Below, in pieces: positions 9,043-20,016 of a stretch of 64,000 nucleotides of DNA (its first letter is position 1; every line of letters starts with the position of its first letter). The stretch is taken from positions 3,008,001 through 3,072,000 of the forward strand of contig OZ245817.1 of the NCBI GenBank assembly GCA_965228475.1. Reading direction: 5' to 3'. The position numbers and the translations under genes are program-made. A model generated the notes under the pieces. It was not told where the DNA came from. It was given only the letters and a program-made list of their open reading frames with translations, and did not search any database. Source of the DNA: Myxococcota bacterium (GTDB lineage: Bacteria; Myxococcota_A; UBA9160; JAFDDA01).

Positions 9043-9579
9043 CTATCGCGTCTTCACCGCCTCGGCGGCGAGGTGCCCGAGTTCGGGGAGCAGGAGCTTC
9101 TCGAGGGCCAGGCGGAGGGCGCCCCGGGAGCCCGGCAGGACGAAGACGACCTTCCCCGCGGAGAGGCCGGCGAGCGCGCGCGAGAGGATCGCGGCGGAGC
9201 CGATGTCCTCGTAGGAGAGCATGCGGAAGAGCTCGCCGAAGCCCGGGATCTGGCGGTCGAGCAGCGGGGCCACGGTTTCGGGCGTGACGTCCCGGGGTGC
9301 GACGCCGGTTCCGCCCGTCACGACGATGGCGCGAACGGCGTCGCTCGCGAGGGCGTCGCGGACGGCGGCCTCGATCTCGCTCGGCTCGTCGCGCACGATG
9401 GTGCGGCTCGCCACGACGTGCCCGGCGCCCTCGAGCGCCTCGGCGAGCAGCGCGCCGCCCGTGTCGGTCTCGAGCGTCCGGGTATCGCTCACCGTCAGGA
9501 CGGCGGTCGGCACGCTCGCGAGCGCATCGGCCCGGTGGCGGTGCAGGCCCGCGTGGTCCTTGGCTCCGGGGTCGGACAC
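9043..9579 (-). CDS. moaB: Molybdenum cofactor biosynthesis protein MoaB/Mog
   Basis: LTVSDTR, TGGTGVAPRDVTPE, LPGS. Confidence 0.9.
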   Translation of the reverse strand: MSDPGAKDHAGLHRHRADALASVPTAVLTVSDTRTLETDTGGALLAEALEGAGHVVASRTIVRDEPSEIEAAVRDALASDAVRAIVVTGGTGVAPRDVTPETVAPLLDRQIPGFGELFRMLSYEDIGSAAILSRALAGLSAGKVVFVLPGSRGALRLALEKLLLPELGHLAAEAVKTR

Positions 9580-10244
9580 TAGGCGTGGTCCTCGACCCAG
9601 TACTCGCCCGAGGTGGTGACCTCCTTCTTCCAGATCGGGACGGTCACCTTGAGCGTGTCGATGGCGAACTGGCAGGCGGCGAAAGCCTCCCCGCGGTGCG
9701 GCGACGCCGCGGCGATCACCACGGCAAGGTCGCCGATCGCCAGGTGCCCGACGCGGTGGGCGATCGCGACCCGCGTCTTCGGCCAGCGCTGCTCCGCCTC
9801 CTCGGCGATCTTCTCCATCTCCGCGCAGGCCATCGCCGGGTAGGCCTCGTACTGGAGGTGGCGGATCTCGTGGCCCTTCGAGTGATTGCGCACGGCACCG
9901 AGGAAGGTCACGAGGCCGCCGGCGTCGGGGCCCATCACCCGGGCCGCGACGGCGTCGGCGTCGAGCGGGGTTTCGTGGAGCGAGCAGCGCCCTCCGCCCC
10001 CGGAGACGGGCGGCAGGAAGGCCACCTCGTCGCCGTCGGCGAGGGGCTTGGCGTCCTCGGCCCGCTCCTCGTTCACGGCCACCATCAGGTGGGAGGAGGC
10101 GCGGGCGAAGGCTTCGTGCTCGGCTTCGAGCTGGGCGCGAAGGGCCGCGACGTCGGCCCCGTCGGGCAGGCTCACGTCGAGGTCTTTGGCGCCGACGGCC
10201 TCGCGGATGCTGCCGAACAGGAGGATGCGGACACGGAGCGGCAT
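9579..10244 (-). CDS. Fused MoaD-MoaE molybdopterin synthase
   Basis: MoaD ending PPVSGG internally, then MoaE motifs FLGAVRN, LQYEAY, HRVGHL, PIWKKE. Confidence 0.9.
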   Translation of the reverse strand: MPLRVRILLFGSIREAVGAKDLDVSLPDGADVAALRAQLEAEHEAFARASSHLMVAVNEERAEDAKPLADGDEVAFLPPVSGGGGRCSLHETPLDADAVAARVMGPDAGGLVTFLGAVRNHSKGHEIRHLQYEAYPAMACAEMEKIAEEAEQRWPKTRVAIAHRVGHLAIGDLAVVIAAASPHRGEAFAACQFAIDTLKVTVPIWKKEVTTSGEYWVEDHA

Positions 10245-10304
10245 GGGGCGGAGCCTACCCGACCCGGCCCCGCGCGGCTGCTCCGCCGGCCCGACGAAAA
10301 AGGA

Positions 10305-10356
10305 GAGGCGTACCGCGCCCGTCCGTCCTCGAAAGGGCGGCGGGCGACGGCGCCTC
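10305..10356 (-). terminator. Intrinsic terminator after the bactofilin gene
   Basis: GC-rich hairpin around CGAA loop; followed on minus strand by CCTTTTTCG. Confidence 0.6.
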
Positions 10357-10418
10357 GGGTGGTTCGTTCCGGCTTCGGCCGCTCCTGCTCGGCCGCTCCG
10401 GGTTCGGCCGGGCTCGGA

Positions 10419-10904
10419 CTAGTTCGCGCTGGCGTTCGCGCCGTTGCCCGCGGCGTCGGGCTTGGCCTGTCCGTTCGGCTTCGCGCCCGGCTTCGTCTTG
10501 CCCGCGTCCGCGTTCGAGCCCATGCGGATGCTGCCCTGCAGGCTCGCACCTTCCTCGACCACGAGCTTCGGCGTCTGGACGTCGCCCGTCACCTCGGCGG
10601 TCTTGTGCAGCACGAGCTTCTCGGTCGCGACGATGTCGCCCTCGACCGAGCCGCTCACGATGACGTGTCGCGAACGGATCGTCGCGCTCACCACGCCGGG
10701 CTCACCGACGATGAGCGTGTTCTCGCTCGAGATCTCGCCCTTGAACGAGCCGTCGATGCGGACCGTGTTCTTGAAGGACAGCTTGCCCTCGAACTCCGAC
10801 CCCTGGTCGATGAAGGCGGTCAAGGCCTCGGACGTACCCGAGTCGTAGGAAGCAGGCGGCGCAGCGGGCGCGTCGCCCTCGTTCGGTCGAAGAAACCGGC
10901 TCAT
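10419..10904 (-). CDS. Bactofilin (polymer-forming cytoskeletal protein)
   Basis: FIDQGSEFEGKLSF...VRIDG...VEGDI...GASLQGSIRM; GAGGAGG RBS before ATG 10904. Confidence 0.9.
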   Translation of the reverse strand: MSRFLRPNEGDAPAAPPASYDSGTSEALTAFIDQGSEFEGKLSFKNTVRIDGSFKGEISSENTLIVGEPGVVSATIRSRHVIVSGSVEGDIVATEKLVLHKTAEVTGDVQTPKLVVEEGASLQGSIRMGSNADAGKTKPGAKPNGQAKPDAAGNGANASAN

Positions 10905-10989
10905 TTGGGGACCCTCCTCGTGCTCCATGAGTTCGGCCGCCTCGGGGAAAGACTTGAGGCCGGAGTGGGCCCCCGGAGAGGGAAAATCG

Positions 10990-11607
10990 CTAGCCGGGCT
11001 GGGGGCTCTTCCGGAAGAGATGCGGGGCCGAGAGCCAGCCCCCGGCGAAGCCCGCGAGGTGGGCGAAGACCGCCACGCCCGAGCCACCCAGGCCGAGCGT
11101 GAGGCCCAGGGCGAGCAGGCCCGGCAGGAGCCCGCGCGGGCCGCCTTCGCGCCAGGAGCCGAGACGCAGATGGGCGCCCAGCAGGCCCGCGATGCTGCCG
11201 CTCGCGCCGACGGCCGGCACGAAGGCCTCGGGCTGCGAGACGACGTGGGCGAGGCCGGCGCCGAAGCCGACGCCGAAGAAGAGCGCCAGGAACCGGCCGG
11301 GGCCGCCGCGCACCTCGAGGCTCGGGCCGAAGAGGGCGAGGAAGCCGAGGTTCGAACCGAGGTGGAGCCACCCGGCGTGCAGGAAGATCGCCGTCGCGAG
11401 CGTGAACCAGCGCCCGGCGACGAACTCTCGCGGAACGAGCCCGTAGGACGAGATCAGGGCGTCGAACTCTGCGGCGCCACCGCGCTGCTGGACGAAGAGC
11501 TCGAGGCCGAACCCGGCAGCGAGCAGGAGGGCCAGGCCGACGACCGCGGGGCTCCGGCGCAGCGCGCTCGATGCGGGCGGGAGCGGCCGGTCGACGTCGA
11601 GCGCCAT
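10990..11607 (-). CDS. Rhomboid family intramembrane serine protease
   Basis: FLHAGWLHLGSN, GASG catalytic Ser, AHLAGF catalytic His. Confidence 0.85.
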   Translation of the reverse strand: MALDVDRPLPPASSALRRSPAVVGLALLLAAGFGLELFVQQRGGAAEFDALISSYGLVPREFVAGRWFTLATAIFLHAGWLHLGSNLGFLALFGPSLEVRGGPGRFLALFFGVGFGAGLAHVVSQPEAFVPAVGASGSIAGLLGAHLRLGSWREGGPRGLLPGLLALGLTLGLGGSGVAVFAHLAGFAGGWLSAPHLFRKSPQPG

Positions 11608-11715
11608 GACCCCCGATCATACAGCCGCACGCCCCGCCGGGCGCATCGGCCGAGGCGCTCCGATCGCGCCCGAAGAACCGGTGCCGGGCGCCGAGTTGCT
11701 AGAGTCCGGCATTCC

Positions 11716-12618
11716 ATGGCAGAACCCGCCCCCGACACCGTGCCCGATGGATTGCTGCGCCGGAGCCTCGCTTCCGGGCGCATCCACTCGGCCTACCTGC
11801 TCGCCGGCCCGGGGGAGCGGCCGCGCGAGGCCGCGGAGGCCTTCGCGCGAGCCATCGTCTGCACCGCCGAGAGCGGGCAGCCGTGCGGAACGTGCGAGGC
11901 CTGCCAGCGGTCGTCGCGGGGCGAGCCCGTCGAAATCGACGGCACGGGCAAGTCCGGCCCGCTCTACCGGCACATTGGCGACCACCCGGACCTGCTCTGG
12001 GTCGCCCGCGGGCCCGACGACACCCGCGTGCGCATCGGCCAGGTGCGCGCCCTCCAGGCGGCGCTGCAGCTTCGCTCCCACGGCGGCGGCCGGCGCGTCG
12101 CGGTCATCGCGGATGCGGAGTGGCTGAACCAGGAAGCGCAGAACGCCTTGCTCCGGCTGCTCGAGGAGCCGCCCGAGGACACGACCCTGGTGCTCGTCGC
12201 CGCGAGCGCCGCAGGGCTCCTGACCACGGTGCGTTCGCGCTGCCAGCGCGTGGTCTTCGCGCCGCCGCGGCGCCCGGCCCTCGCCGACGAGGAGACGCCC
12301 GAAGAGACCCGCGAGATCGCCGCCCGCCTCGATGGCATCGCGCGGGAGGACGTGCCCTCCCTGCTCGACTGGGCCGAGGAATATCGCGGCGCGCGGGCCC
12401 CCGCCGCGGCCGCCGTGAGCCACCTGCTCGGGACGGCCTGCGTGTGGCTGAACGAGCGCGTGCGCCGCCAGATCGCCGACGGGGCCCTCGGCGTCGACGC
12501 CGAGCTCGACGCCTTCCACACCCTGCGCGATTGCCGCCGCTCCCTCGTCCAGCACAACGCGAACCCCCAGATGGTCGCCGAACGTGCCCTGCTCGCCCTC
12601 CGCGGGGCCGTCCGATGA
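11716..12618 (+). CDS. holB: DNA polymerase III subunit delta-prime
   Basis: HSAYLLAGP, CGTCEAC, HPDL, AQNALLRLLEEPP, TVRSRCQ; synteny with metG-tatD. Confidence 0.85.
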   Translation: MAEPAPDTVPDGLLRRSLASGRIHSAYLLAGPGERPREAAEAFARAIVCTAESGQPCGTCEACQRSSRGEPVEIDGTGKSGPLYRHIGDHPDLLWVARGPDDTRVRIGQVRALQAALQLRSHGGGRRVAVIADAEWLNQEAQNALLRLLEEPPEDTTLVLVAASAAGLLTTVRSRCQRVVFAPPRRPALADEETPEETREIAARLDGIAREDVPSLLDWAEEYRGARAPAAAAVSHLLGTACVWLNERVRRQIADGALGVDAELDAFHTLRDCRRSLVQHNANPQMVAERALLALRGAVR

Positions 12619-14189
12619 GCGAACGCTTCTACATCACGACGCCGATCTACTACGTGAACGACCGCCCCCACATCGGGCATCTCTACACGACGACGGTGGC
12701 CGACGTGCTGGCGCGCTGGCACCGCCAGGCCGGCGAAGACGTCTTCTTCCTCACCGGCACCGACGAGCACGCGGCCAAGGTCGCCGACGCCGCCGCCGAG
12801 CGGGACCTCACCCCGATCGCCTGGGCGGACCGCAACGCGGAGATCTTCCAGGAAACCTTCGCGCGCTACGGCATCCGCAACGACGACTTCGTCCGCACCT
12901 CGGAGGACCGGCACAAGGAGCGCGTGGTGCGCTGGGTCGAACAGCTCCTCGAGACCGGCGACGTCTACCTCGGGGAATACGAGGGCTGGTACGACCCGGG
13001 CGAAGAGGAGTACGTCGCCGACGCCCGGGCGGAGGAGTTCGAGTTCAAATCCCCCGTCAGCGGGCGCGAGCTCGTTCGCAAGAAGGAGAAGAACTACTTC
13101 TTCAAGCTCTCGGCCTACACGGATGCGCTGCTCGAGCTACTCGAGAAGCGCCCCGGCTTCGTCCAGCCCGACGCCCGGCGCAACGAGGTCGCGGGCCGCA
13201 TCCGCGAAGGCCTGAACGACGTCCCGCTCTCCCGGACCGGCACCGGCGATTGGGGCATCGCCATGCCCGGCGACCCGGAACACCGCATCTACGTCTGGAT
13301 CGACGCCCTCTTCAACTACCTCTCCGCGGTCGATACGGACGAGCGCCGGCACCAGTGGCCGGCCTCGGTCCACCTGATCGGCAAGGACATCCTGTGGTTC
13401 CACGCGGTGATCTGGCCGGCCCTGCTGCTCGCGCTGCACCGCATCCCCGGCAACGAGTGGATCGCGGTCCCCGGCCGGATCTACGCCCACAGCTACTGGA
13501 TCAGCGAGGGGCGCAAGATGAGCAAGTCCCTCGGGAACTTCGTCGACCTCGAGAAGCTCGAAGGCTTCGTCGAGCGCTACGGCCTCGACGCGCTGCGCTT
13601 CTACCTCGTGGGCCAGGGCCCGATGGGCGTGAACGACGCCGACTTCGCGGCGGCGCGCTTCGACGAGCTCTACCACGCCGAGCTCGCCAACAAGCTCGGC
13701 AATCTCGTGAGCCGCACGCTCAACATGAACGCGAAGTTCGCGGACGGGCGCGTGCCCGAGCCGGGCGAGGCGGAAGCGCCCGAAGAAGGCCTGCGCGCGG
13801 CGGCCCGGGCCGCCGGTGAGGCCGTGGCGAACCACATGGAGCGGCTCGAAGTCGGCCGGGCCCTCGACGCCGCGATGGAGCTCGCCGCCGCCACCAACCG
13901 CTACCTCGACGAGCGCGAGCCCTGGAAGGCCGCCAAGGACCCGGCGCGTGAGGCCAGCGTGGCGACGACGCTCTACCACTGCTGCGAGGCCCTGCGCATC
14001 ACGGCCCACCTCCTCGTGCCCTTCCTGCCGGCGACGGCGGCGGAGATCTTCTCGCGGCTCGGCCTCGAGAGCGTCGCCCGCCCGAAGGACGCGCTCGCCT
14101 TCGGCGGCCTGGCGAGCGGCCTCCCGACGACCAAGGGCGCCGCCCTCTTCCCGCGAGTCGAGGCGGTCGACGCGGCGGAGGGGGCCTAG
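12615..14189 (+). CDS. metG: Methionine-tRNA ligase
   Basis: FYITTPIYYVN, HIGH, TGTDEH, YVWIDAL, KMSKS. Confidence 0.95.
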   Translation: MSERFYITTPIYYVNDRPHIGHLYTTTVADVLARWHRQAGEDVFFLTGTDEHAAKVADAAAERDLTPIAWADRNAEIFQETFARYGIRNDDFVRTSEDRHKERVVRWVEQLLETGDVYLGEYEGWYDPGEEEYVADARAEEFEFKSPVSGRELVRKKEKNYFFKLSAYTDALLELLEKRPGFVQPDARRNEVAGRIREGLNDVPLSRTGTGDWGIAMPGDPEHRIYVWIDALFNYLSAVDTDERRHQWPASVHLIGKDILWFHAVIWPALLLALHRIPGNEWIAVPGRIYAHSYWISEGRKMSKSLGNFVDLEKLEGFVERYGLDALRFYLVGQGPMGVNDADFAAARFDELYHAELANKLGNLVSRTLNMNAKFADGRVPEPGEAEAPEEGLRAAARAAGEAVANHMERLEVGRALDAAMELAAATNRYLDEREPWKAAKDPAREASVATTLYHCCEALRITAHLLVPFLPATAAEIFSRLGLESVARPKDALAFGGLASGLPTTKGAALFPRVEAVDAAEGA

Positions 14190-14192
14190 CGC

Positions 14193-15001
<809 letters not shown>

Positions 15002-15005
<4 letters not shown>

Positions 15006-15805
15006 GCGAAACCGAAGACCTCCTCGCCCTCGCCAGCCGGCTCGCCCGGGAGGCCGGCGCGATCCAGCGCGAGCGCTGGGGGACGAAGCTCGAGATCTCG
15101 ACCAAGAGTGCCGAGGTCGATCTGGTCACCGAAGTGGACCGCGCCTGTGAGGCCTTGATCATCGCCGGGATCGACCGCGAGCGGCCGGGCGACGCGATCC
15201 TGGCCGAGGAAGGAGGCGGCCGCGAGATCGACGGCGCCACCTACCGCTGGGTGATCGACCCCCTCGACGGCACGACGAACTTCGCCCACTCCTACCCGTG
15301 CTTCGCGGTGTCGATCGGCATCGAGCGCGAGGGGGAACCGCACGTCGCCGCCGTCTACAACCCGGTGATGGACGAACTCTTCCACGCGACGGCCGGCGGC
15401 GGCGCATTCCTGAACGGCCGCCCCATCCGGCCGACCCCGGAGACGGACCTCGGCAAGGCGCTCGTCGCCACGGGCTTCGCCTACGACCGCCGCAAGAGCG
15501 AGCGCGACAACCTCGACGAGCTCGCCCACTTCCTGGCCCGCGCTCGGGCGATCCGGCGCGACGGGAGCGCCGCCCTCGACCTGTGCGCCGTCGCCTGCGG
15601 CCGGCTCGACGGCTACTGGGAGTTCAAGCTCGCACCCTGGGACGTCGCGGCCGGGCGCCTCATCGTGACCGAGGCCGGCGGCCGCGTGTCCGATACCGCC
15701 GGCGGCCCGGCGCCCGCGTCGGGTGCGGAGATGGTCTCGAGCAACGGCGGGATCCACGAGGCCATGCTCGAGACCCTGGCCACGGCGCGCGGAGCCGCCT
15801 CGTGA
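15002..15805 (+). CDS. suhB: Inositol monophosphatase
   Basis: DLVTEVD, WVIDPLDGTTNF, WDVAAG. Confidence 0.9.
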
Positions 15806-16209
15806 GCCTGCCGGACTCGGACTTCACGCGCGGGCTCGGCATGGAGACGGCGACCTGCGCCGACGGGCTGTGCGTGATCGAGCTCGAGCTCGACGATCGG
15901 CACATGAGCGTCGCCCGCCGCGCCCACGGCGGCGTGCTGTTCACCATGCTCGACACCGCCATGGGCCGCGCGGTGATCTCGCGCCTGCCGGCCGGCAAGG
16001 GCTGCGCCACCGTCGAAGCCAAGATCAACTACCTGCGGCCCGTCCAGGGCGGCCGGCTCCGCGCCGAGGGCCGGGCCCTCGACATGACCCGCCGCACCGC
16101 CTACTGCGAAGGCCTGATCCGCGACGGCGAGGGCCGCATCCTCGCCCGCTCCTCGGGGACCTTCTTCCTCACCGAAACGATCGAGCAGGGCGATCGCGAG
16201 CGCGTCTGA
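15802..16209 (+). CDS. PaaI family thioesterase
   Basis: AHGGVLFTMLDTAMG, INYLRP. Confidence 0.85.
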   Translation: MSLPDSDFTRGLGMETATCADGLCVIELELDDRHMSVARRAHGGVLFTMLDTAMGRAVISRLPAGKGCATVEAKINYLRPVQGGRLRAEGRALDMTRRTAYCEGLIRDGEGRILARSSGTFFLTETIEQGDRERV

Positions 16210-16220
16210 GCCCGGCCGGT

Positions 16221-17651
16221 TCAGGGCGCCGGTGCGTCTTCGACCGGCTCTTCCTTCGACAGGAAGCGGTTGCGGAGCGCTTCGGCGCTCAGCGGCAGGT
16301 GCTCGGCCAGCTCGAATGCGATGCGGTAGATCCGCTCGCCGTCCGCCGAGCGCGCGACGATGCCCCGGTCCGGATCCGGCTCACCGAGCAGGATCTCGGC
16401 GAGCACGGGCCCCTCGGCGCCCTCCTCACCCACCCCGCGGACGCGCAGCCGCACCCGCGGCGGGACCAGACCGAGCGATTCCTGCTCGGCTTCGCCGAGG
16501 GCGTCGGCCACGATGTCGACGCCACGCAACTTCGCGAGCTCGGCCACCATGCGCGCCGCCTTGCCGGGGGCGAGCCGTTCGGGCGAGGACGCCCAGCCAT
16601 CCTCGGTGCGTTCGGCGAGCACGACGTGGGCCCCCGCCTCCGGGTCGTGGAAGGCGATCTCGAGCCCCTTGGCCGCCTCGGCCTCGAAGTTCGCCAGCTC
16701 CTTGAAGCGGTAGGCGGCGACGTCGCGCGGGAAGGCGCGCAGGCGGTCCGTCGAGACCAGGTAGAGGGAATGCTCGCGGGCGCGGACGGGGTGCTGCCCG
16801 CCGGCCTCGTTCTCGCTGCCGACCTTCAGGTGGAAGACCGGCGGCGGTGCGGACGCATCCTCGCCCGCCGGTGCGCCGGTGAGCTTCGCCTCGAACACGG
16901 GCCGGTCGAGTCCGACCTCCGGGTCCGCCGGCGGATCGTCGACGAAGTCGTCTGCGCGCAGGTAGGAGAGGTCCGAGAGCAGGGATTCGACGGCCTCGGG
17001 ATCGGCACGGTCCGAGAGCGGCTCGACCACGCGCCACGCACCCTCTTCCTTGGCGAGCACGACGCCACCGCCCTGCCAGCGCAGCTCCGCCCGCTCGATC
17101 CCGTCCTTGTCGAAGGGCAGGACGCGCTTCTCGCGCAGCTCGTCGAGGGTCCGCCGCAGGGCCGCCGCCCGGAAGCTCGGGATCGTGTAGACGGTCTCCG
17201 CGTCGCCGCGGGCCGCGTAGTGGTTGCCGCCGACGGGCGTCTTGCCGCCGACGCGCACGGCGAACTCGCCGTCCCCGGTGCCGAAGCGGACCTCCGTCGC
17301 ACCCGCGCCGAGGCCGTAGACCTCGGGCGACTGGGGGGACTCGATCACGCCGGCGCTGCGCGTCTCGACGATGGCGGCGACGAGGCCGTCCACGGCGAGC
17401 CCGTCGGTCGGGAAGCTCACGGGCTCGACGAGCCGCCAGCGCCCGTCCTGGCGCTCGAGCCGCGCCGCTCCGGCGTCGCTCGTTTCGAGGGCCAGCCAGC
17501 GGACGTCGGGCTCCTCGAGCTCCGGGAAGAGCTCCCGGGCCTCGGCCTCGGCCTCCTCGGCGTCCCCCTTGCGGACGTTCTCGTTCCACCAGACCCCGCC
17601 CACCACGACCAGGGCGACGAGGAAGAGGATTCCCGTGCTGCGCGGATTCAT
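16221..17651 (-). CDS. DUF4340 domain protein
   Basis: N-terminal TM, repeated W-x-L/V-x-EP...YGL units; follows GldG-like gene. Confidence 0.8.
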   Translation of the reverse strand: MNPRSTGILFLVALVVVGGVWWNENVRKGDAEEAEAEARELFPELEEPDVRWLALETSDAGAARLERQDGRWRLVEPVSFPTDGLAVDGLVAAIVETRSAGVIESPQSPEVYGLGAGATEVRFGTGDGEFAVRVGGKTPVGGNHYAARGDAETVYTIPSFRAAALRRTLDELREKRVLPFDKDGIERAELRWQGGGVVLAKEEGAWRVVEPLSDRADPEAVESLLSDLSYLRADDFVDDPPADPEVGLDRPVFEAKLTGAPAGEDASAPPPVFHLKVGSENEAGGQHPVRAREHSLYLVSTDRLRAFPRDVAAYRFKELANFEAEAAKGLEIAFHDPEAGAHVVLAERTEDGWASSPERLAPGKAARMVAELAKLRGVDIVADALGEAEQESLGLVPPRVRLRVRGVGEEGAEGPVLAEILLGEPDPDRGIVARSADGERIYRIAFELAEHLPLSAEALRNRFLSKEEPVEDAPAP

Positions 17652-19229
17652 CTAACGCCCCGGGGCCCGGCGGCGCCACCACCACGCGCCGACGCCGATC
17701 ACGGCGATCAGCTCGGGCAGGACGAAGAGCGACAGGTATCGGATGGTCGCGAACTCGTCCTGGGACGGGTTGAAGCGCGAGGCGCGCGCGGTGTTCGGCC
17801 GCACGGAAATGGCTTCGACGTCCCCGAGCAGCCAGTTCACGCTGTTCACGAACAGGTCGCGGTTCCGGTAGGCGTCGATCAGCTGGTTCGTCGCGAAGTC
17901 CGAGTCGCCGAACACGACGAGACGGCCGCCCTCGGCCGGCACTTCGCCGTCCTCGGCGGAAAGGCCGAGCGTCCCGGCGACGGCGACGGGCACAGGCCCC
18001 GCGAGGTCGTCGGGGCCCTTCTCGGCGCGACCGCTGCGCAGGTCCCGCTCGCCCCAGGAGTCCGCGCTCGTCCGCACGATCTCCGTGAAGGCCTCGCGCG
18101 CCTCGGGACGCGCCCGCACGCTGCGCGCCTGGTGGAACATGGTCGGCTCGCGCAGGCCCTGGTTGATCGGATGGCTCGGGTACTCGGCCGCGAGCGGCGT
18201 CGTGGCCCGGCCGAACAGGCTCTGCAGGTAGTCGACGATCACGTCCGCGCCGAGCTCGACGCCCCAGTTCGAGAGCGCCCCGTAGAGGTTCGTGTTGGCG
18301 TTCGGATCGACCATCACGAGCAGGCTCCCGCCCCCGTCGAGGTAGCGCGAGAGGGCCGCCTCCTCTTCGGGCAGGAAAGGCCGGGTCGGGCCGGCCAGGA
18401 TCAGCGTGTCCGCGTCCTCGGGGACGTCGCCCCGCGTCGCGAGCAGCAGCGGCTCGAAGCGGTAGTTCTCGTTGGCCAGGGCCTCGGCCGCGCGCGAGAA
18501 GCCCGTCGGCTCGGCCGAGCCCGGGCCCTCCACGGGCCGCTCGTTGTGCCCGGTGAGGAAGTAGACCTTCTTCTCTCCGGTGCGCGTGAGCTTCAGGATC
18601 GCGTTGGTGATGGTCTCCTCGTCGACCTGGTCGATCACCGTCTGCTCGTTCCCGATGGCGACGTGCAGCAGGCCCTGGGCGAGCCGCTCCGGTTCCACGC
18701 CGAGGGTCTCGACGAGGTCCGGGCGCTCGTTCGGATCGGCCAGCGTGTACTGGAAGCGCTCGCTCTCGTAGGCGTAGCGCTCGAGCACGCCCTCGATCTG
18801 CATCTGCTCGACGCGCGAGAAGAGCGCCGTCACCTGGACGTCGCGCTCGAGACCGTCGAGGAGCTTCTGGGTCTGGTCCGAGAGCGAATGGACGCCCGAC
18901 TCGGTCCAGTCGAAGCGCACCGGGTTGCGGGCGGCGAAGTAGCCGAGCGCCGCCACGATCGCGATCGCGAGGGCGGTCTGCACCAGCGCGCTCGTCCCGT
19001 AGGTGCCCACGCGGCGCGCCTCCCCGGAACTCATGCGATCGCGCAGCCCCTCGAAGCCGACCACCAGCCAGACGACGATGAGGAGCACGCCGACGACGAA
19101 GTTTCCCCAGATCCAGGAGAGATCCCAGAGCGCCACGCCCGGACTGAACGCCGAGAGCAGCAGGCTCGCGATCCCGAAGAGCAGGGCCACGACGCCGAGA
19201 GCGCCGAACAACGACGTGAATCGACTCAT
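17652..19229 (-). CDS. GldG-family ABC auxiliary protein
   Basis: RFDWTESGVHSLS, KVYFLTGHNE, VFGDSDF, C-terminal TM with WWWRRR. Confidence 0.85.
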   Translation of the reverse strand: MSRFTSLFGALGVVALLFGIASLLLSAFSPGVALWDLSWIWGNFVVGVLLIVVWLVVGFEGLRDRMSSGEARRVGTYGTSALVQTALAIAIVAALGYFAARNPVRFDWTESGVHSLSDQTQKLLDGLERDVQVTALFSRVEQMQIEGVLERYAYESERFQYTLADPNERPDLVETLGVEPERLAQGLLHVAIGNEQTVIDQVDEETITNAILKLTRTGEKKVYFLTGHNERPVEGPGSAEPTGFSRAAEALANENYRFEPLLLATRGDVPEDADTLILAGPTRPFLPEEEAALSRYLDGGGSLLVMVDPNANTNLYGALSNWGVELGADVIVDYLQSLFGRATTPLAAEYPSHPINQGLREPTMFHQARSVRARPEAREAFTEIVRTSADSWGERDLRSGRAEKGPDDLAGPVPVAVAGTLGLSAEDGEVPAEGGRLVVFGDSDFATNQLIDAYRNRDLFVNSVNWLLGDVEAISVRPNTARASRFNPSQDEFATIRYLSLFVLPELIAVIGVGAWWWRRRAPGR

Positions 19230-19230
19230 T

Positions 19231-20016
19231 TCAGCGCCACCTCACGCTTTCGACGACGGCTTTCGTGAGCAACAGGGGCACGGCGATCATCACACCGAAG
19301 TAGGCGAGATCCGCCGTATCCACGAGCCCCTGGGAGAGGCTCTCGAAGTGCGTACTCACCGAGAGCCAGGAGAGGAACCCTTCGAGCCACGGGGCGTTGC
19401 CCATGGCTCCGAGCTGCCCGATCACGCCGACGATCAGGAGCAGCAGCAGGATCACGAAGGCCAGGATGAAGGCGATGATCTGGCTGCGGCTCACCGAGGA
19501 GGCGAAGCAGCCGATCGCCGCGTAGGCGAGCCCCGTCAGCAGCAGCGCGAGCAGCCCCGCGGCCGTGCGCGCGAACTCGGGGTCGCCGTACTGGAAGAGC
19601 ACCAGCGGAAAGAACCCGAGCAGCACGCCGAGCAGCAGCACGAACACCGCCGCGGCCAGGTACTTGCCGAGCACGATGTCCCAGACCGTGAGCGGGCTCG
19701 TCAGCAGGAGTTCGTCCGTGCCGTTGGCCTTCTCCGAGGAGAAGAGCCCCATCGTGATGCCGGGGATCACGAAGATCAGCACCACGTTCATGCTGCTCAG
19801 AAAGGGCGTGATCAGGCCGTCATTGAGGTTGAACTGCTGCAGGAAGTCGAAGGCCTGGAACTGCTGCGCCTGGCGCAGGGTCTCGACGAAGCTCACCACG
19901 CCGAGCAGGAAGAAGAACCCGGCGAGCAGCGCATAGAGCGTCAGGACGACGTAGGCGACGGGCGACACGAAGAGCGAGGAAAGCTCCCGCGCCGCGACGG
20001 CGGGAATCCGCTTCAC
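19231..20016 (-). CDS. ABC transporter permease (GldF-like)
   Basis: RELSSLFVSPVAY, EKANGTDELLLTSP, IVLGKY. Confidence 0.85.
   Translation of the reverse strand: MKRIPAVAARELSSLFVSPVAYVVLTLYALLAGFFFLLGVVSFVETLRQAQQFQAFDFLQQFNLNDGLITPFLSSMNVVLIFVIPGITMGLFSSEKANGTDELLLTSPLTVWDIVLGKYLAAAVFVLLLGVLLGFFPLVLFQYGDPEFARTAAGLLALLLTGLAYAAIGCFASSVSRSQIIAFILAFVILLLLLIVGVIGQLGAMGNAPWLEGFLSWLSVSTHFESLSQGLVDTADLAYFGVMIAVPLLLTKAVVESVRWR

Noticed and set aside
10990..11607. Rhomboid as the dedicated sortase for the GCGLLG tail
   Set aside because: Generic rhomboid motifs only, not adjacent to the substrate; no sequence evidence for the link
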